A DNA stretch of 43,720 nt from Rhizobacter sp. (GCA_043753755.1 JAYUWC010000177.1:1-43720), one strand, 5' to 3'. Counted from the stretch's first letter, positions 10,476 to 22,372 are shown. Notes: a model not told the origin generated them from the sequence alone. Translations and numbers: made by a program.

Positions 10476-11702
10476 TTGAGACCCATCGCCAAATCAGACA
10501 AGCTTGCCAACGTCGCCTACGACATCCGCGGGCCTGTGTTGGACAAGGCCCGGCAGATGGAAGAAGAGGGCCACAAGATCATCAAGCTCAACTTGGGCAA
10601 CGTGGCGGCGTTTGGCCTGGAGCCACCGGATGAGATCGTGCAGGACATGATTCGCAACATGCCGCACTCGGCCGGCTACACCGACAGCAAGGGCCTGTTC
10701 GCGCCGCGCAAGGCAGTGGTTCAGTACACGCAGCAGAAGAACGTGGTCGGCGTGTCGATAGACGATGTCTACCTCGGCAACGGCGCCTCCGAGCTGATCG
10801 CGATGGGAATGAACGCGCTGCTGAACGATGGTGATGAGGTGCTGATCCCGTCACCCGACTACCCGCTCTACACGGCGGTCGTGGGCCTTTCCGGCGGCAC
10901 GCCTGTGCACTACCTCTGCGATGAGTCGACCGGCTGGATGCCCGACATCGAGCACATGAAGTCGCGCATCACGCCGCGTACCAAGGCGCTGGTGGTCATC
11001 AACCCCAACAACCCGACCGGCGCGCTCTACCCCGAGAGCGTGCTGCGTGAGATCGTCGAGGTTGCCCGCCAGCACGAGCTGATCGTGTTCGCCGACGAGA
11101 TCTACGACAAGACGCTCTACGACGGCAACACCCACACGAGCATCTCGTCACTTGCCGAAGACGTGCTCTTCGTTACCGTGAACGGCCTCTCGAAAAACTA
11201 CCGTTCGTGCGGCTTCCGGTCGGGCTGGATGGTGGTATCGGGCGAGAAACGGCACGCAAAGGACTACATCGAGGGCCTCAACATGCTGGCCTCGCTGCGC
11301 CTGTGCGCCAACACGCCTGGGCAGCTTGCGATCCAAACGGCGCTGGGCGGCTACCAGAGCATCGACGACCTGGTGGCACCCACCGGGCGGCTGGGCCGCC
11401 AGCGCGACCTCGCGTACCAACTGCTCAGCGAGATTCCCGGGGTCAGTGTCGTCAAGCCCAAAGCGGCGCTTTATATGTTTCCGCGTCTCGATCCCAAGGT
11501 CTACCCGATCGCCGACGACCGGCAATTTGCCTATGACTTGCTCTCAGAGCAGAAGGTGTTGATCGTGCAGGGCACGGGCTTCAACTGGGCGACACCCGAT
11601 CATTTCCGCATCGTGTTTTTGCCCAACTCCGATGACTTGACCGAAGCGATCGGCCGAATCGCAAAATTTCTCGAGCACTACCGCAAACGTCATTCGCACT
11701 GA
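10476..11702 (+). CDS. alaA: PLP-dependent class I aminotransferase, AlaA/AlaT-like
   Basis: YDIRGPV, INPNNPTGA, FADEIYDK and NGLSKNYRSCGFRSGW. AGGAGG precedes TTG at 10476. Confidence 0.9.
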   Translation: MRPIAKSDKLANVAYDIRGPVLDKARQMEEEGHKIIKLNLGNVAAFGLEPPDEIVQDMIRNMPHSAGYTDSKGLFAPRKAVVQYTQQKNVVGVSIDDVYLGNGASELIAMGMNALLNDGDEVLIPSPDYPLYTAVVGLSGGTPVHYLCDESTGWMPDIEHMKSRITPRTKALVVINPNNPTGALYPESVLREIVEVARQHELIVFADEIYDKTLYDGNTHTSISSLAEDVLFVTVNGLSKNYRSCGFRSGWMVVSGEKRHAKDYIEGLNMLASLRLCANTPGQLAIQTALGGYQSIDDLVAPTGRLGRQRDLAYQLLSEIPGVSVVKPKAALYMFPRLDPKVYPIADDRQFAYDLLSEQKVLIVQGTGFNWATPDHFRIVFLPNSDDLTEAIGRIAKFLEHYRKRHSH

Positions 11703-11715
11703 ACACTGGCCATTC

Positions 11716-13050
11716 ATGAAACCGATTCAAGTGGGACTGATGGGCCTGGGCACCGTGGGGGGTGGCGTATACGACGTGCTCCAGCGCAACCAGGAAGAGA
11801 TCAAACGCCGCGCCGGCCGCGGCATCGCGCTCACCGCGGTCTCGCGGCGCGACGTCGCGGCAGCCAAGGCGCGGGTCGGCAGCAACGCGAAGGTGGTGGC
11901 CGACGCGCGCGAGATCATCCGCGACCCATCGATCGACATCGTGATCGAGCTGATCGGTGGCACCGGCATTGCGCGCGAGCTGGTGCTCGAGGCGCTGGCT
12001 GCCGGCAAACATGTGGTCACGGCCAACAAGGCCTTGCTCGCGGTGCACGGAACCGAAATCTTCGCTGCGGCACGCGAGCGCGGGGTGATGGTCGCGTTCG
12101 AAGCCGCGGTGGCCGGTGGTATCCCGATCATCAAGGCACTGCGCGAAGGCCTGACCGCCAACCGCATCGAGTGGATCGCCGGCATCATCAACGGCACGAC
12201 CAACTTCATCCTCTCCGAGATGCGCGCCAAGGGGCTCGATTTCGAGGTGGTGTTGAAAGAAGCTCAGCGTCTGGGCTACGCCGAGGCCGATCCCACCTTC
12301 GACATCGAAGGCATCGATGCCGCGCACAAGGCGACGATCATGAGTGCGATCGCATTCGGTGTTCCGGTGCAGTTCGACAAGGCTTATGTCGAGGGCATCA
12401 CCCAGTTGAGTGCGGTCGACATCCGCTACGCCGAGCAGCTCGGCTACCGGATCAAGCTGCTGGGCATCACCAAGCGGCGCAGCCTGTCGACCGAGGGTGG
12501 CACGGTCGAAGGCATCGAGCTTCGCGTGCACCCGACACTGGTGCCAGCCAAGCGCCTGATTGCGAATGTCGAGGGCGCGATGAACGCGGTGATGGTGCAG
12601 GGCGATGCTGTCGGCAGCACGCTCTACTACGGCAAGGGGGCAGGCGCCGAACCGACCGCTTCGGCGGTGATCGCCGACCTGGTCGACATAACCCGTCTTC
12701 ACACCGCCGATCCCGACCACCGCGTACCGCATCTGGCATTTCAACCCGGCGCTCTGCAAGACACGCGAATCCTGTCGATCGACGAGGTGGTGACCGCGTT
12801 CTACTTGCGACTGCAGGTCACGGACCAGGCCGGTGTACTTGCGCGCATCACCGCCATCCTGGCCGAAAGCGACATCTCGATCGACGCGCTCTTGCAGCGA
12901 GAGTCAGCTGAGGGCGAAGCCCAGACCGACGTGATCATCCTGACGCACAACACGGTCGAGGGCCGCATGAACCGGGCCATCGAGCAGATGCAGGCGCTGC
13001 CGACCGTGCTCGCGCCCATCGTGCGCATTCGCAAGGAAGAGCTGTCGTGA
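11716..13050 (+). CDS. hom: homoserine dehydrogenase with C-terminal ACT domain
   Basis: GLGTVGGG, VVTANKALLA, FEAAVAGGIPII, GIINGTTNFIL and GYAEADPTFD. Confidence 0.96.
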   Translation: MKPIQVGLMGLGTVGGGVYDVLQRNQEEIKRRAGRGIALTAVSRRDVAAAKARVGSNAKVVADAREIIRDPSIDIVIELIGGTGIARELVLEALAAGKHVVTANKALLAVHGTEIFAAARERGVMVAFEAAVAGGIPIIKALREGLTANRIEWIAGIINGTTNFILSEMRAKGLDFEVVLKEAQRLGYAEADPTFDIEGIDAAHKATIMSAIAFGVPVQFDKAYVEGITQLSAVDIRYAEQLGYRIKLLGITKRRSLSTEGGTVEGIELRVHPTLVPAKRLIANVEGAMNAVMVQGDAVGSTLYYGKGAGAEPTASAVIADLVDITRLHTADPDHRVPHLAFQPGALQDTRILSIDEVVTAFYLRLQVTDQAGVLARITAILAESDISIDALLQRESAEGEAQTDVIILTHNTVEGRMNRAIEQMQALPTVLAPIVRIRKEELS

Positions 13051-14489
13051 AGTACATCAGCACGCGCGGCGTATCGCCACAAGGGCAGACAAAGCGCAGC
13101 TTCTGCGAGATCCTGCTCGAAGGGCTGGCACCCGACGGTGGGCTCTACCTGCCGACCCACTACCCGCAGGTCGATGCGCCCACGCTGGCGCGCTGGCGCG
13201 AATTGTCTTATCACGAACTCGCGTTCGAGATCCTGTCGCTCTACATCGACGACATTCCGCCGGCCGACCTGCGTGCGTTGGTTGCAAAAACCTACACCGC
13301 GGATGTGTTCGGCACCGCACAGATCGTGCCGCTTCGCCCGCTTGAAGACGGCGTGTTCCTCCAAGCTCTGTCGAACGGCCCGACGCTCGCGTTCAAAGAC
13401 ATGGCGATGCAGCTGCTCGGCCACCTGTTCGAGTACGAACTCGCCCGGCGCCGCGAGCACCTCAACATCCTGGGCGCGACCTCGGGAGACACCGGCAGCG
13501 CGGCCGAGTACGCGATGCGCGGCAAGGCGGGCGTCAACGTGTTCATGCTGTCGCCCAAAGGCCGCATGAGTCCGTTCCAGCAGGCGCAGATGTTCAGCCT
13601 GCAAGACGCGAACATCCACAACATTGCGATCGAAGGCGTGTTTGACGACTGCCAGGACATCGTCAAGGCGGTCTCGAGCGATCTGGCCTTCAAGCGCAAA
13701 TACCGCATCGGCACCGTCAATTCGATCAACTGGGCGCGGCTTCTGGCGCAGGTCGTCTACTACTTCGCCGGCTACTTTCAAGCAACGGGCGGGTCGTCAA
13801 AAGCCTCGGCGCAAACGGATCCGGGCAAGGTCAGCTTCGCAGTACCGTCGGGCAACTTCGGCAACATCTGCGCCGGCCATGTGGCCCGGATGATGGGTCT
13901 GCCGATCGCCCAGCTCGTGCTCGCGACCAACGAGAACAACGTGCTCGACGAGTTCTTTCGCACCGGCAGCTACCGGGTGCGCAGCAGCGCCGAGACCCAC
14001 GAAACTTCGAGCCCGTCGATGGACATTTCGAAGGCCTCGAACTTCGAGCGCTTCGTGTTCGATCTGCTCGGTCGTGACGGCGCTCGCACCCGCGAACTCT
14101 TCAAGACCGAGATCGATCGGTGCGGCGAGTTCAGCGTCAGCACCGATGAATTCAAGCGCGTCGAGCGCTTCGGTTTCATCTCAGGCACCAGCACCCATGC
14201 CGACCGCCTGGCGACGATCCGCGACACCCATGCGCGTTTCGATCGGGTCATCGACACCCACACCGCCGACGGCCTGAAGGTCGCGCGCGAACACGTGCAG
14301 CCCGTCGTGCCGATGATCGTGCTCGAAACGGCGCTACCGGCAAAGTTCGCCGAAAGCATCGTCGAGGCAATCGGCATCGAGCCTGATCGGCCGGCAGCAT
14401 TGCGCGACATCGAGGCCTTGCCCAAGCGCTTCGAGGTGATGCCGGCCGACGCGGCGAAGGTCAAAGCCTTTATCGCCGCCAACGCCTGA
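13047..14489 (+). CDS. thrC: threonine synthase
   Basis: KYISTRG, GLAPDGGLY, GPTLAFKD, GATSGDTGSAA and VPSGNFGN. GTG start overlaps the hom stop. Confidence 0.96.
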   Translation: MKYISTRGVSPQGQTKRSFCEILLEGLAPDGGLYLPTHYPQVDAPTLARWRELSYHELAFEILSLYIDDIPPADLRALVAKTYTADVFGTAQIVPLRPLEDGVFLQALSNGPTLAFKDMAMQLLGHLFEYELARRREHLNILGATSGDTGSAAEYAMRGKAGVNVFMLSPKGRMSPFQQAQMFSLQDANIHNIAIEGVFDDCQDIVKAVSSDLAFKRKYRIGTVNSINWARLLAQVVYYFAGYFQATGGSSKASAQTDPGKVSFAVPSGNFGNICAGHVARMMGLPIAQLVLATNENNVLDEFFRTGSYRVRSSAETHETSSPSMDISKASNFERFVFDLLGRDGARTRELFKTEIDRCGEFSVSTDEFKRVERFGFISGTSTHADRLATIRDTHARFDRVIDTHTADGLKVAREHVQPVVPMIVLETALPAKFAESIVEAIGIEPDRPAALRDIEALPKRFEVMPADAAKVKAFIAANA

Positions 14490-14501
14490 GCAACTGACCG
14501 C

Positions 14502-15737
14502 ATGAACGCGCCACGCGCTCCGCTGCTGAGTCTCGACGAGGCGCTGGCGCGTTTGCTCGCCGCGGTCCGGCCGATGCCCGCGAGCGAACACGAAACCGTC
14601 TCGACCTTCGATGCGCTCGGGCGCGTGCTGCAAATCAACGTGCACTCGACGCTGGCCGTGCCGCCGGCCGACAACACCGCAATGGACGGCTACGCCATGC
14701 GCGTCGCCGACGTTCCCGCTCCCGGAACGGTGCTGCCGGTGAGCCAGCGTATCCCTGCCGGCAGCGTTGGTGGCGCGCTGCAGCCGGGCACTACAGCACG
14801 CATCTTCACCGGCGCCCAGGTGCCGGCGGGTGCCGATGCCGTCGTGATGCAAGAGCAGTGTGAAGTGGTCGGTAGCGGTGTGCGTGTTAACGCGGTGCCA
14901 ATTTCGGGTCAGTGGATTCGCCGCCGCGGCGAAGACGTGCAACGCGGTGATGTCGTGCTGCCCGCCGGCACGCGCCTGACACCGCAGGCGCTCGGCTTGG
15001 CAGCCACGGTCGGTGCTGCTGCGCTGACGGTTGCGCGCCGCCCGCGCGTGGCGCTGTTCTCGACCGGTGACGAACTCGCCATGCCCGGCGAGCCGCTGAA
15101 ACCAGGTGCGATCTACAACTCGAACCGCTTCACGCTGCGTGCCGCGATCCAGGCGCTGGGTTGTGATTGCACCGACCTCGGCATCGTCCCCGACCGACTC
15201 GACGCGACCCGCGAGGCTTTGCGCCGAGCCGCAGCGGGCTGCGACCTGATCGTCACTTCTGGCGGCGTTTCGGTTGGCGAAGAAGATCATCTGCGCCCGG
15301 CGGTGCAAGCCGAGGGCCGCATCGAACTCTGGCAGATCGCGATCAAGCCGGGCAAACCGCTCGCGTTCGGATGGGTGAGCCGGGATGATGGTTCGGTGGC
15401 GCACTTCATCGGCCTTCCGGGCAACCCCGTGTCGAGCTTCATCACCTTTCTGCTGATCGTGCGGCCGGTGCTGTTGCGGTTGCAGGGCGCGGCCGCGCTC
15501 GAGCCGCACCGTACGCCGATGCGCGCCGATTTCGCATGGCCGCAACCCGACAAGCGCCGCGAGTTCCTGCGCGTGCGGCGCAATGCGGAGGGCGGACTCG
15601 ACCTCTTCCCGAACCAGGGTTCGGGCGTGCTGACCTCGGTGGTCTGGGGCGACGGCGTCGTCGACTGCGCGGCGGGCCAGCCGATCGAGCCGGGTGCGAT
15701 GGTGCCCTTCATCGGCTTCGCGGAGTGGTCGGCATGA
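14502..15737 (+). CDS. moeA: molybdopterin molybdotransferase MoeA
   Basis: AMDGYA, RIFTGAQVPAGADAVVMQE, FSTGDEL, TSGGVSVGEED and GLPGNPVSS. Confidence 0.95.
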   Translation: MNAPRAPLLSLDEALARLLAAVRPMPASEHETVSTFDALGRVLQINVHSTLAVPPADNTAMDGYAMRVADVPAPGTVLPVSQRIPAGSVGGALQPGTTARIFTGAQVPAGADAVVMQEQCEVVGSGVRVNAVPISGQWIRRRGEDVQRGDVVLPAGTRLTPQALGLAATVGAAALTVARRPRVALFSTGDELAMPGEPLKPGAIYNSNRFTLRAAIQALGCDCTDLGIVPDRLDATREALRRAAAGCDLIVTSGGVSVGEEDHLRPAVQAEGRIELWQIAIKPGKPLAFGWVSRDDGSVAHFIGLPGNPVSSFITFLLIVRPVLLRLQGAAALEPHRTPMRADFAWPQPDKRREFLRVRRNAEGGLDLFPNQGSGVLTSVVWGDGVVDCAAGQPIEPGAMVPFIGFAEWSA

Positions 15738-15988
15738 CGGCACTGACCGTTCGCTATTTCGCGTCGATTCGCGAGGCGCTCGGCGCGATCGAGACGGTCG
15801 ATGTCGCAGCGGGCAGCACCGTGGGCAACGTGCGCGATCAGTTGATTGCCCGCGGCGGCGCACATGCCAGAGCGTTGGCCCGTGGCCGGGCGCTGCGCAG
15901 CGCGTTGAACCAAGTGCTGTGCGACGAAGCAGCAACCATCGGTGAAGGCGCTGAACTCGCTTTCTTCCCGCCGGTCACCGGAGGTTGA
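15734..15988 (+). CDS. moaD: molybdopterin synthase sulfur carrier subunit
   Basis: VRYFASIRE and the C-terminal AFFPPVTGG. ATG at 15734 overlaps the moeA stop. Confidence 0.93.
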   Translation: MTALTVRYFASIREALGAIETVDVAAGSTVGNVRDQLIARGGAHARALARGRALRSALNQVLCDEAATIGEGAELAFFPPVTGG

Positions 15989-15989
15989 G

Positions 15990-16481
15990 TTGAGCCGCGT
16001 GCGCGTCACGGTGCAGGTTGCCGATTTCGACCTCGGCGCCGAAGTCATGGCGCTGCGGGCAGGTGATGGGAGCGTTGGCGCGGTCGCGTCGTTCATCGGC
16101 ACCGTGCGCGGCCGCAACGACGGCCAGGGCGTGAGTTCGATGGAGCTCGAGCACTACCCCGACATGACCGAGCGGGCCATCGAAGCCATGATCGACGAGG
16201 CGCTGCGGCGTTTCGAGATCAGCGCGGCGCGCGTCGTTCACCGGGTTGGCGTGCTGCAGCCGGGCGAGCAGATCATGATGGTGGCCGTGACATCCGCGCA
16301 CCGCGGCCAGGCGTTTCAGGCTTGCGAGTTTTTAATGGACTACCTGAAGACCCAGGCGCCGTTCTGGAAAAAAGAACAAACGCCGGAAGGCGCCCGCTGG
16401 GTCGATGCCCGCGCCAGCGACGACGCGGCGCTCGCGCGTTGGGGCATAAACGCTTTCAACGCCGAGTCCTCGGTGCGATGA
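15990..16481 (+). CDS. moaE: molybdopterin synthase catalytic subunit
   Basis: LEHYPDMTE, VHRVGVL, SAHRGQAF and MDYLKTQAPFWKKE. Likely TTG start at 15990. Confidence 0.93.
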   Translation: MSRVRVTVQVADFDLGAEVMALRAGDGSVGAVASFIGTVRGRNDGQGVSSMELEHYPDMTERAIEAMIDEALRRFEISAARVVHRVGVLQPGEQIMMVAVTSAHRGQAFQACEFLMDYLKTQAPFWKKEQTPEGARWVDARASDDAALARWGINAFNAESSVR

Positions 16482-16867
16482 CGACGGCGTTGCCGTGGCT
16501 GCAGATCGCCGCCGTCGCGATCGGCGCCGCGCTCGGCGCGCTGGCGCGTTGGCTCGCCGGCTTGTGGCTGAACCCGCAATGGTCGGGCTTTCCGCTCGGC
16601 ACCTTGCTCGTCAACGGCGTCGGTGGTCTCTTGATCGGTGCGGCGATGGCGTGGTTCGAGCGTTGGCCCAACGAGTTGGCTCGCCTGCTGCTGGTCACCG
16701 GGTTTCTCGGCGGCCTGACGACTTTTTCGGCGTTTTCGGGCGAGTCGCTGCTGCTGCTGTTGCGCAGCGAATTCGCGCTGGCACTCTGCCACGCTGCGGC
16801 TCACGTCTTCGGTTCGCTGGCGGGGGCGACGCTCGGTTTCTGGGTGGTTCGCAGCGTCGTCGCCTGA
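16478..16867 (+). CDS. crcB: fluoride channel Fluc/CrcB
   Basis: GAALGALARW, FPLGTLLVN and TGFLGGLTTFSAFS. ATG overlaps the moaE stop. Confidence 0.93.
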   Translation: MTTALPWLQIAAVAIGAALGALARWLAGLWLNPQWSGFPLGTLLVNGVGGLLIGAAMAWFERWPNELARLLLVTGFLGGLTTFSAFSGESLLLLLRSEFALALCHAAAHVFGSLAGATLGFWVVRSVVA

Positions 16868-16892
16868 TTGCCGGGCGCTGCAAGCTGCGGCG

Positions 16893-16920
16893 CTTGAAAA
16901 CGGGATGATCTGCCTCACAT
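16893..16920 (+). promoter_or_regulatory. putative sigma32 (RpoH) promoter of clpB
   Basis: CTTGAAA-N13-CCTCACAT resembles the CTTGAAA-N13/14-CCCCATnT consensus and lies 25 nt before the clpB ATG. Confidence 0.7.
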
Positions 16921-16945
16921 CAATCGCATTCGGAGGATTCCCGCC

Positions 16946-19542
<2,597 letters not shown>

Positions 19543-19543
<1 letters not shown>

Positions 19544-19558
19544 GCCGCGATCGCGGCT
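19543..19558. terminator. perfect palindrome between convergent clpB and the hypothetical gene, possible terminator or pause
   Basis: AGCCGCGATCGCGGCT, with no long U tract. Confidence 0.35.
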
Positions 19559-19564
19559 TGCCGT

Positions 19565-20860
19565 TCAACCGATTAGCCTGCTGTCGAGCATCGCGTCCAT
19601 GCGCTGAATTTGCAATCGCGCCAGCGTGAGGTTGGCGTGGCTTTTGTCGAGGGCTGCGTGCAACGCGAGGCCGGGGTGACCAGGCACGGCGCGCAGCAAC
19701 AGGTGGTGAGAGTTGAGGGTGATCGCCGCCTCGGGCAACGTGTGGCCCAGGCCCATGCTGCGGCTGCTCGCGCTCATGCCGGCAAGTAAGGCTTTGCCGT
19801 GCATTGCCAGATCGGCAGCGCCGGGGCGTGCGCCGGCATGGCTTACCTCGAGACCGCTGGCAACGTCGAACACGCAGCAGCTGACCATGCCGGGCAACTC
19901 GCTCAACTGCTCGACATAGCGTTCCAGCAGGCTCTGGGGTGCGGACGCTGCACGACTGGCGGCCGTGGGCACAGCGGGCATCGGGCGCATTGCAAGGCGG
20001 TCGGGGCCGCGGCGCTCGACACGGTTTGGGTAGTCGTTCGATTCGACGTGACTCGCCTCGCCGGCACCGCTTTCGCCGGCAGCGGATGAGCCGCTGTCGT
20101 CAGCGCCGTGTGCGGCGCCGCGAATCCGCGCCCAGGTACCGTTGATAAAGCCCCAAGCATCGGCCGGCCGGCTTACCTGGGGCGTGGTGCGCACGTTGAC
20201 CGGCGTACCGCGCGCCAACTCGAGCCCCTGGGTGACCAGCGTGCTGCCTGCCGCAAGAGGCAGCAGCAGCACCTGTCGATTCGGCCACGGGCCTGCGACC
20301 ATGAAGTCGTGAAAGGGCTTGAGCGCCGAAGCGATCGCGTGACCGGGGAGGTCACCGACCATGAATACGCCGAGCCGGCTGTAGGCCAGCAGCATGTGGG
20401 CAAGGCCGTGGCGCGCCGACGTGTCGGCATCGGCTTCGGTGGAATACATGCGCAAGCTGCTGCCGTCGGCGGTGGGTAATTCCACGAACTCGAGCGTTGC
20501 AAGCGCAGTGCCGTAACCCTGGCGCCTGATCACCAGTCTTTGCACCGCTCGCTTGCTTGCGGCAGCGATGCCGGCCAGCAATCGGCGCGACGAGTTGGTG
20601 GCGACATCGTGCACGGCGATGAACTCGGGGTGGGCATGTTCGAACTGCTGTTGCATCGCAAGGTCGGGGGCACACGAGACGAACAACTCACGTTCGTTGG
20701 CTCCGGTTTGTCGCCCGATCTCGGGCATCGATTCGGTGGCGAGATACTCTCGCTCCTCAATAAACTGCGTCGCAACCGAGGTCTGGGCGCGGGTTGCTTG
20801 CCAGCCGTCAGCGTTTGGAGCAGGGGCCGATGCAGCATCGACGGGGCTTGAACGGTTCAT
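19565..20860 (-). CDS. hypothetical protein: putative degenerate MglA-like GTPase fold plus linker plus C-terminal Roadblock/LC7 (MglB-like) domain
   Basis: 431-aa ORF filling the clpB-rpsF gap. The C-terminus (LPGMVSCCVFDVASGL...AAITLNSHHLLLR...LALHAALDKSHANLTLARLQI) matches the bacterial roadblock pattern. The N-terminal domain call is by-eye only. Confidence 0.7.
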   Translation of the reverse strand: MNRSSPVDAASAPAPNADGWQATRAQTSVATQFIEEREYLATESMPEIGRQTGANERELFVSCAPDLAMQQQFEHAHPEFIAVHDVATNSSRRLLAGIAAASKRAVQRLVIRRQGYGTALATLEFVELPTADGSSLRMYSTEADADTSARHGLAHMLLAYSRLGVFMVGDLPGHAIASALKPFHDFMVAGPWPNRQVLLLPLAAGSTLVTQGLELARGTPVNVRTTPQVSRPADAWGFINGTWARIRGAAHGADDSGSSAAGESGAGEASHVESNDYPNRVERRGPDRLAMRPMPAVPTAASRAASAPQSLLERYVEQLSELPGMVSCCVFDVASGLEVSHAGARPGAADLAMHGKALLAGMSASSRSMGLGHTLPEAAITLNSHHLLLRAVPGHPGLALHAALDKSHANLTLARLQIQRMDAMLDSRLIG

Positions 20861-21137
20861 AATTTACGAGTTCGCTGGCCGAATGGCCGGTGGTTTCGAG
20901 GCGAGCCGTGTCCGACCGCGCGTGGGCATCCTGACACACCTCGTCAAACGAGGGAATGAGCAGGTCTGCAGTTGCTCATCACGGATACGTTCGGACGTCA
21001 GAGATCGCACGATAAGCATGAGGCACAGTGCGTCTCCTTTAATCGCCGGACCTTCGCAGAGCCCATCTCGTTGGCCGGTGCCCTGCCACGTCGCGCCGCG
21101 GGCTCAAGTCGCCCGACCGGTTACACTCGTGGGCTTG

Positions 21138-21229
21138 CCTTGCCACACCCGGGACTGACGCTTCGGGGTGGCTCAACCCCACCGGCCGCGTGCGCACCGA
21201 GTATGCGCAGCCGGGCGAACCACAAGGAG
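21138..21229 (+). promoter_or_regulatory. rpsF leader, putative S6:S18 autoregulatory RNA
   Basis: CCTTG (21138) can pair with CAAGG, which overlaps the SD (21223). Inner hairpins GCCACACCC/GGGGTGGC and CCGGC..TGCGCA/TGCGCA..GCCGG flank an unpaired CAACCCC. A TACACT -10 element sits at 21122. Confidence 0.6.
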
Positions 21230-21234
21230 TCTCA

Positions 21235-21687
21235 ATGCGTCACTACGAAATCGTTTTGTTGATCCATCCGGATCAAAGCGAACAGGTTCCAGCCATGCTG
21301 GAGCGTTATAAAAGTGTTATTTCCACCGGCGGTGGCAAGGTGCACCGGGTAGAAGATTGGGGCCGTCGCCAGATGGCCTACATGATTCAGAAGCTCGCGA
21401 AAACGCACTACCTCTGCCTCAACATCGAGTGCAGTAAAGAAGTGCTGGCCGAACTCGAGACCGGCTTCCGCTTCAACGACGCGGTTATCCGTCACCTGAC
21501 GGTGCTGCAAGACGAAGCCGTCACCACGCCGTCGGTCATGATGAAAATGGTCGAGCGCGAAGACTCACGCAAGTCGGCACCGCCGTCTGATCGTGGCGAC
21601 CGGGGTGACCGCGGCGGCGACCGCGGTGACCGTGGCGGTGATCGCCCCGAGCGCCAGGAGCGTCCCCCACAGGAGGCTTCGGCCTGA
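21235..21687 (+). CDS. rpsF: 30S ribosomal protein S6 with a low-complexity C-terminal tail
   Basis: [31 protein letters not shown] and [20 protein letters not shown]. Confidence 0.97.
   Translation: MRHYEIVLLIHPDQSEQVPAMLERYKSVISTGGGKVHRVEDWGRRQMAYMIQKLAKTHYLCLNIECSKEVLAELETGFRFNDAVIRHLTVLQDEAVTTPSVMMKMVEREDSRKSAPPSDRGDRGDRGGDRGDRGGDRPERQERPPQEASA
21589..21645 (+). repeat. coding tandem repeat (DRG/DRGG)n in the rpsF tail
   Basis: Encodes [19 protein letters not shown], including two imperfect 21-bp units. Confidence 0.8.
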
Positions 21688-21722
21688 CGACGCGCCGATC
21701 GCTGCCTGTTGGCACTCGCTGA

Positions 21723-22004
21723 ATGAACCGATTGGTTCTGACGGCAGTACTAATGGAGCGAGGCGTGCTGCGATACACCCCCGCCGGATTGCCGGCCCTC
21801 GATTTGAGCTTGAAGCACGAGTCGGAGGCCACACAAGACGGCAAGACGCGCAAGGTCTGGTTCGATATTCGAGCCCGCGCGATCGGTGAAATTACGGCAC
21901 GTTGCGAGAAGCTGGAACTCGGGAGCCTGCATGGTTTCGTCGGTTTTCTCGGGTCGCAGCGCAACGGTCGAGGCGTTGTCTTCCATGTCACCGAGTTGGA
22001 CTGA
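21723..22004 (+). CDS. priB: primosomal replication protein N
   Basis: MNRLVL..LRYTPAGLPAL..L.HES, located between rpsF and rpsR. Confidence 0.92.
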   Translation: MNRLVLTAVLMERGVLRYTPAGLPALDLSLKHESEATQDGKTRKVWFDIRARAIGEITARCEKLELGSLHGFVGFLGSQRNGRGVVFHVTELD

Positions 22005-22070
22005 CGTCCTGGACGCACCTGCTCACTGTTTGAAAACATTCGCTTTGGCGAATTTTGAAAGAGGTTTCAT

Positions 22071-22361
22071 ATGCCCCCGCCACGTGGTAAAGGTCGGTTC
22101 TCGAAGGACCGCAAACCCAAACGCAATACGCAATCGCTGCTGTTCCGCCGCAAGCGCTTCTGTCGCTTCACGGTGACCGGCGTCAAGCAGATTGACTACA
22201 AAGACATCGACACACTGCGCGATTTCATTGGTGAGAACGGCAAAATCACACCAGCTCGCCTGACCGGCACGCGCGCGTTTTTCCAGCGCCAGTTGACGAC
22301 GTGCATCAAGCGGGCGCGTTTCCTGGCCATGCTGCCGTACAGCGACCAGCACAAGGTTTAA
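22071..22361 (+). CDS. rpsR: 30S ribosomal protein S18
   Basis: [28 protein letters not shown] and [12 protein letters not shown]. Confidence 0.97.
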   Translation: MPPPRGKGRFSKDRKPKRNTQSLLFRRKRFCRFTVTGVKQIDYKDIDTLRDFIGENGKITPARLTGTRAFFQRQLTTCIKRARFLAMLPYSDQHKV

Positions 22362-22372
22362 GGAGCAACCCT

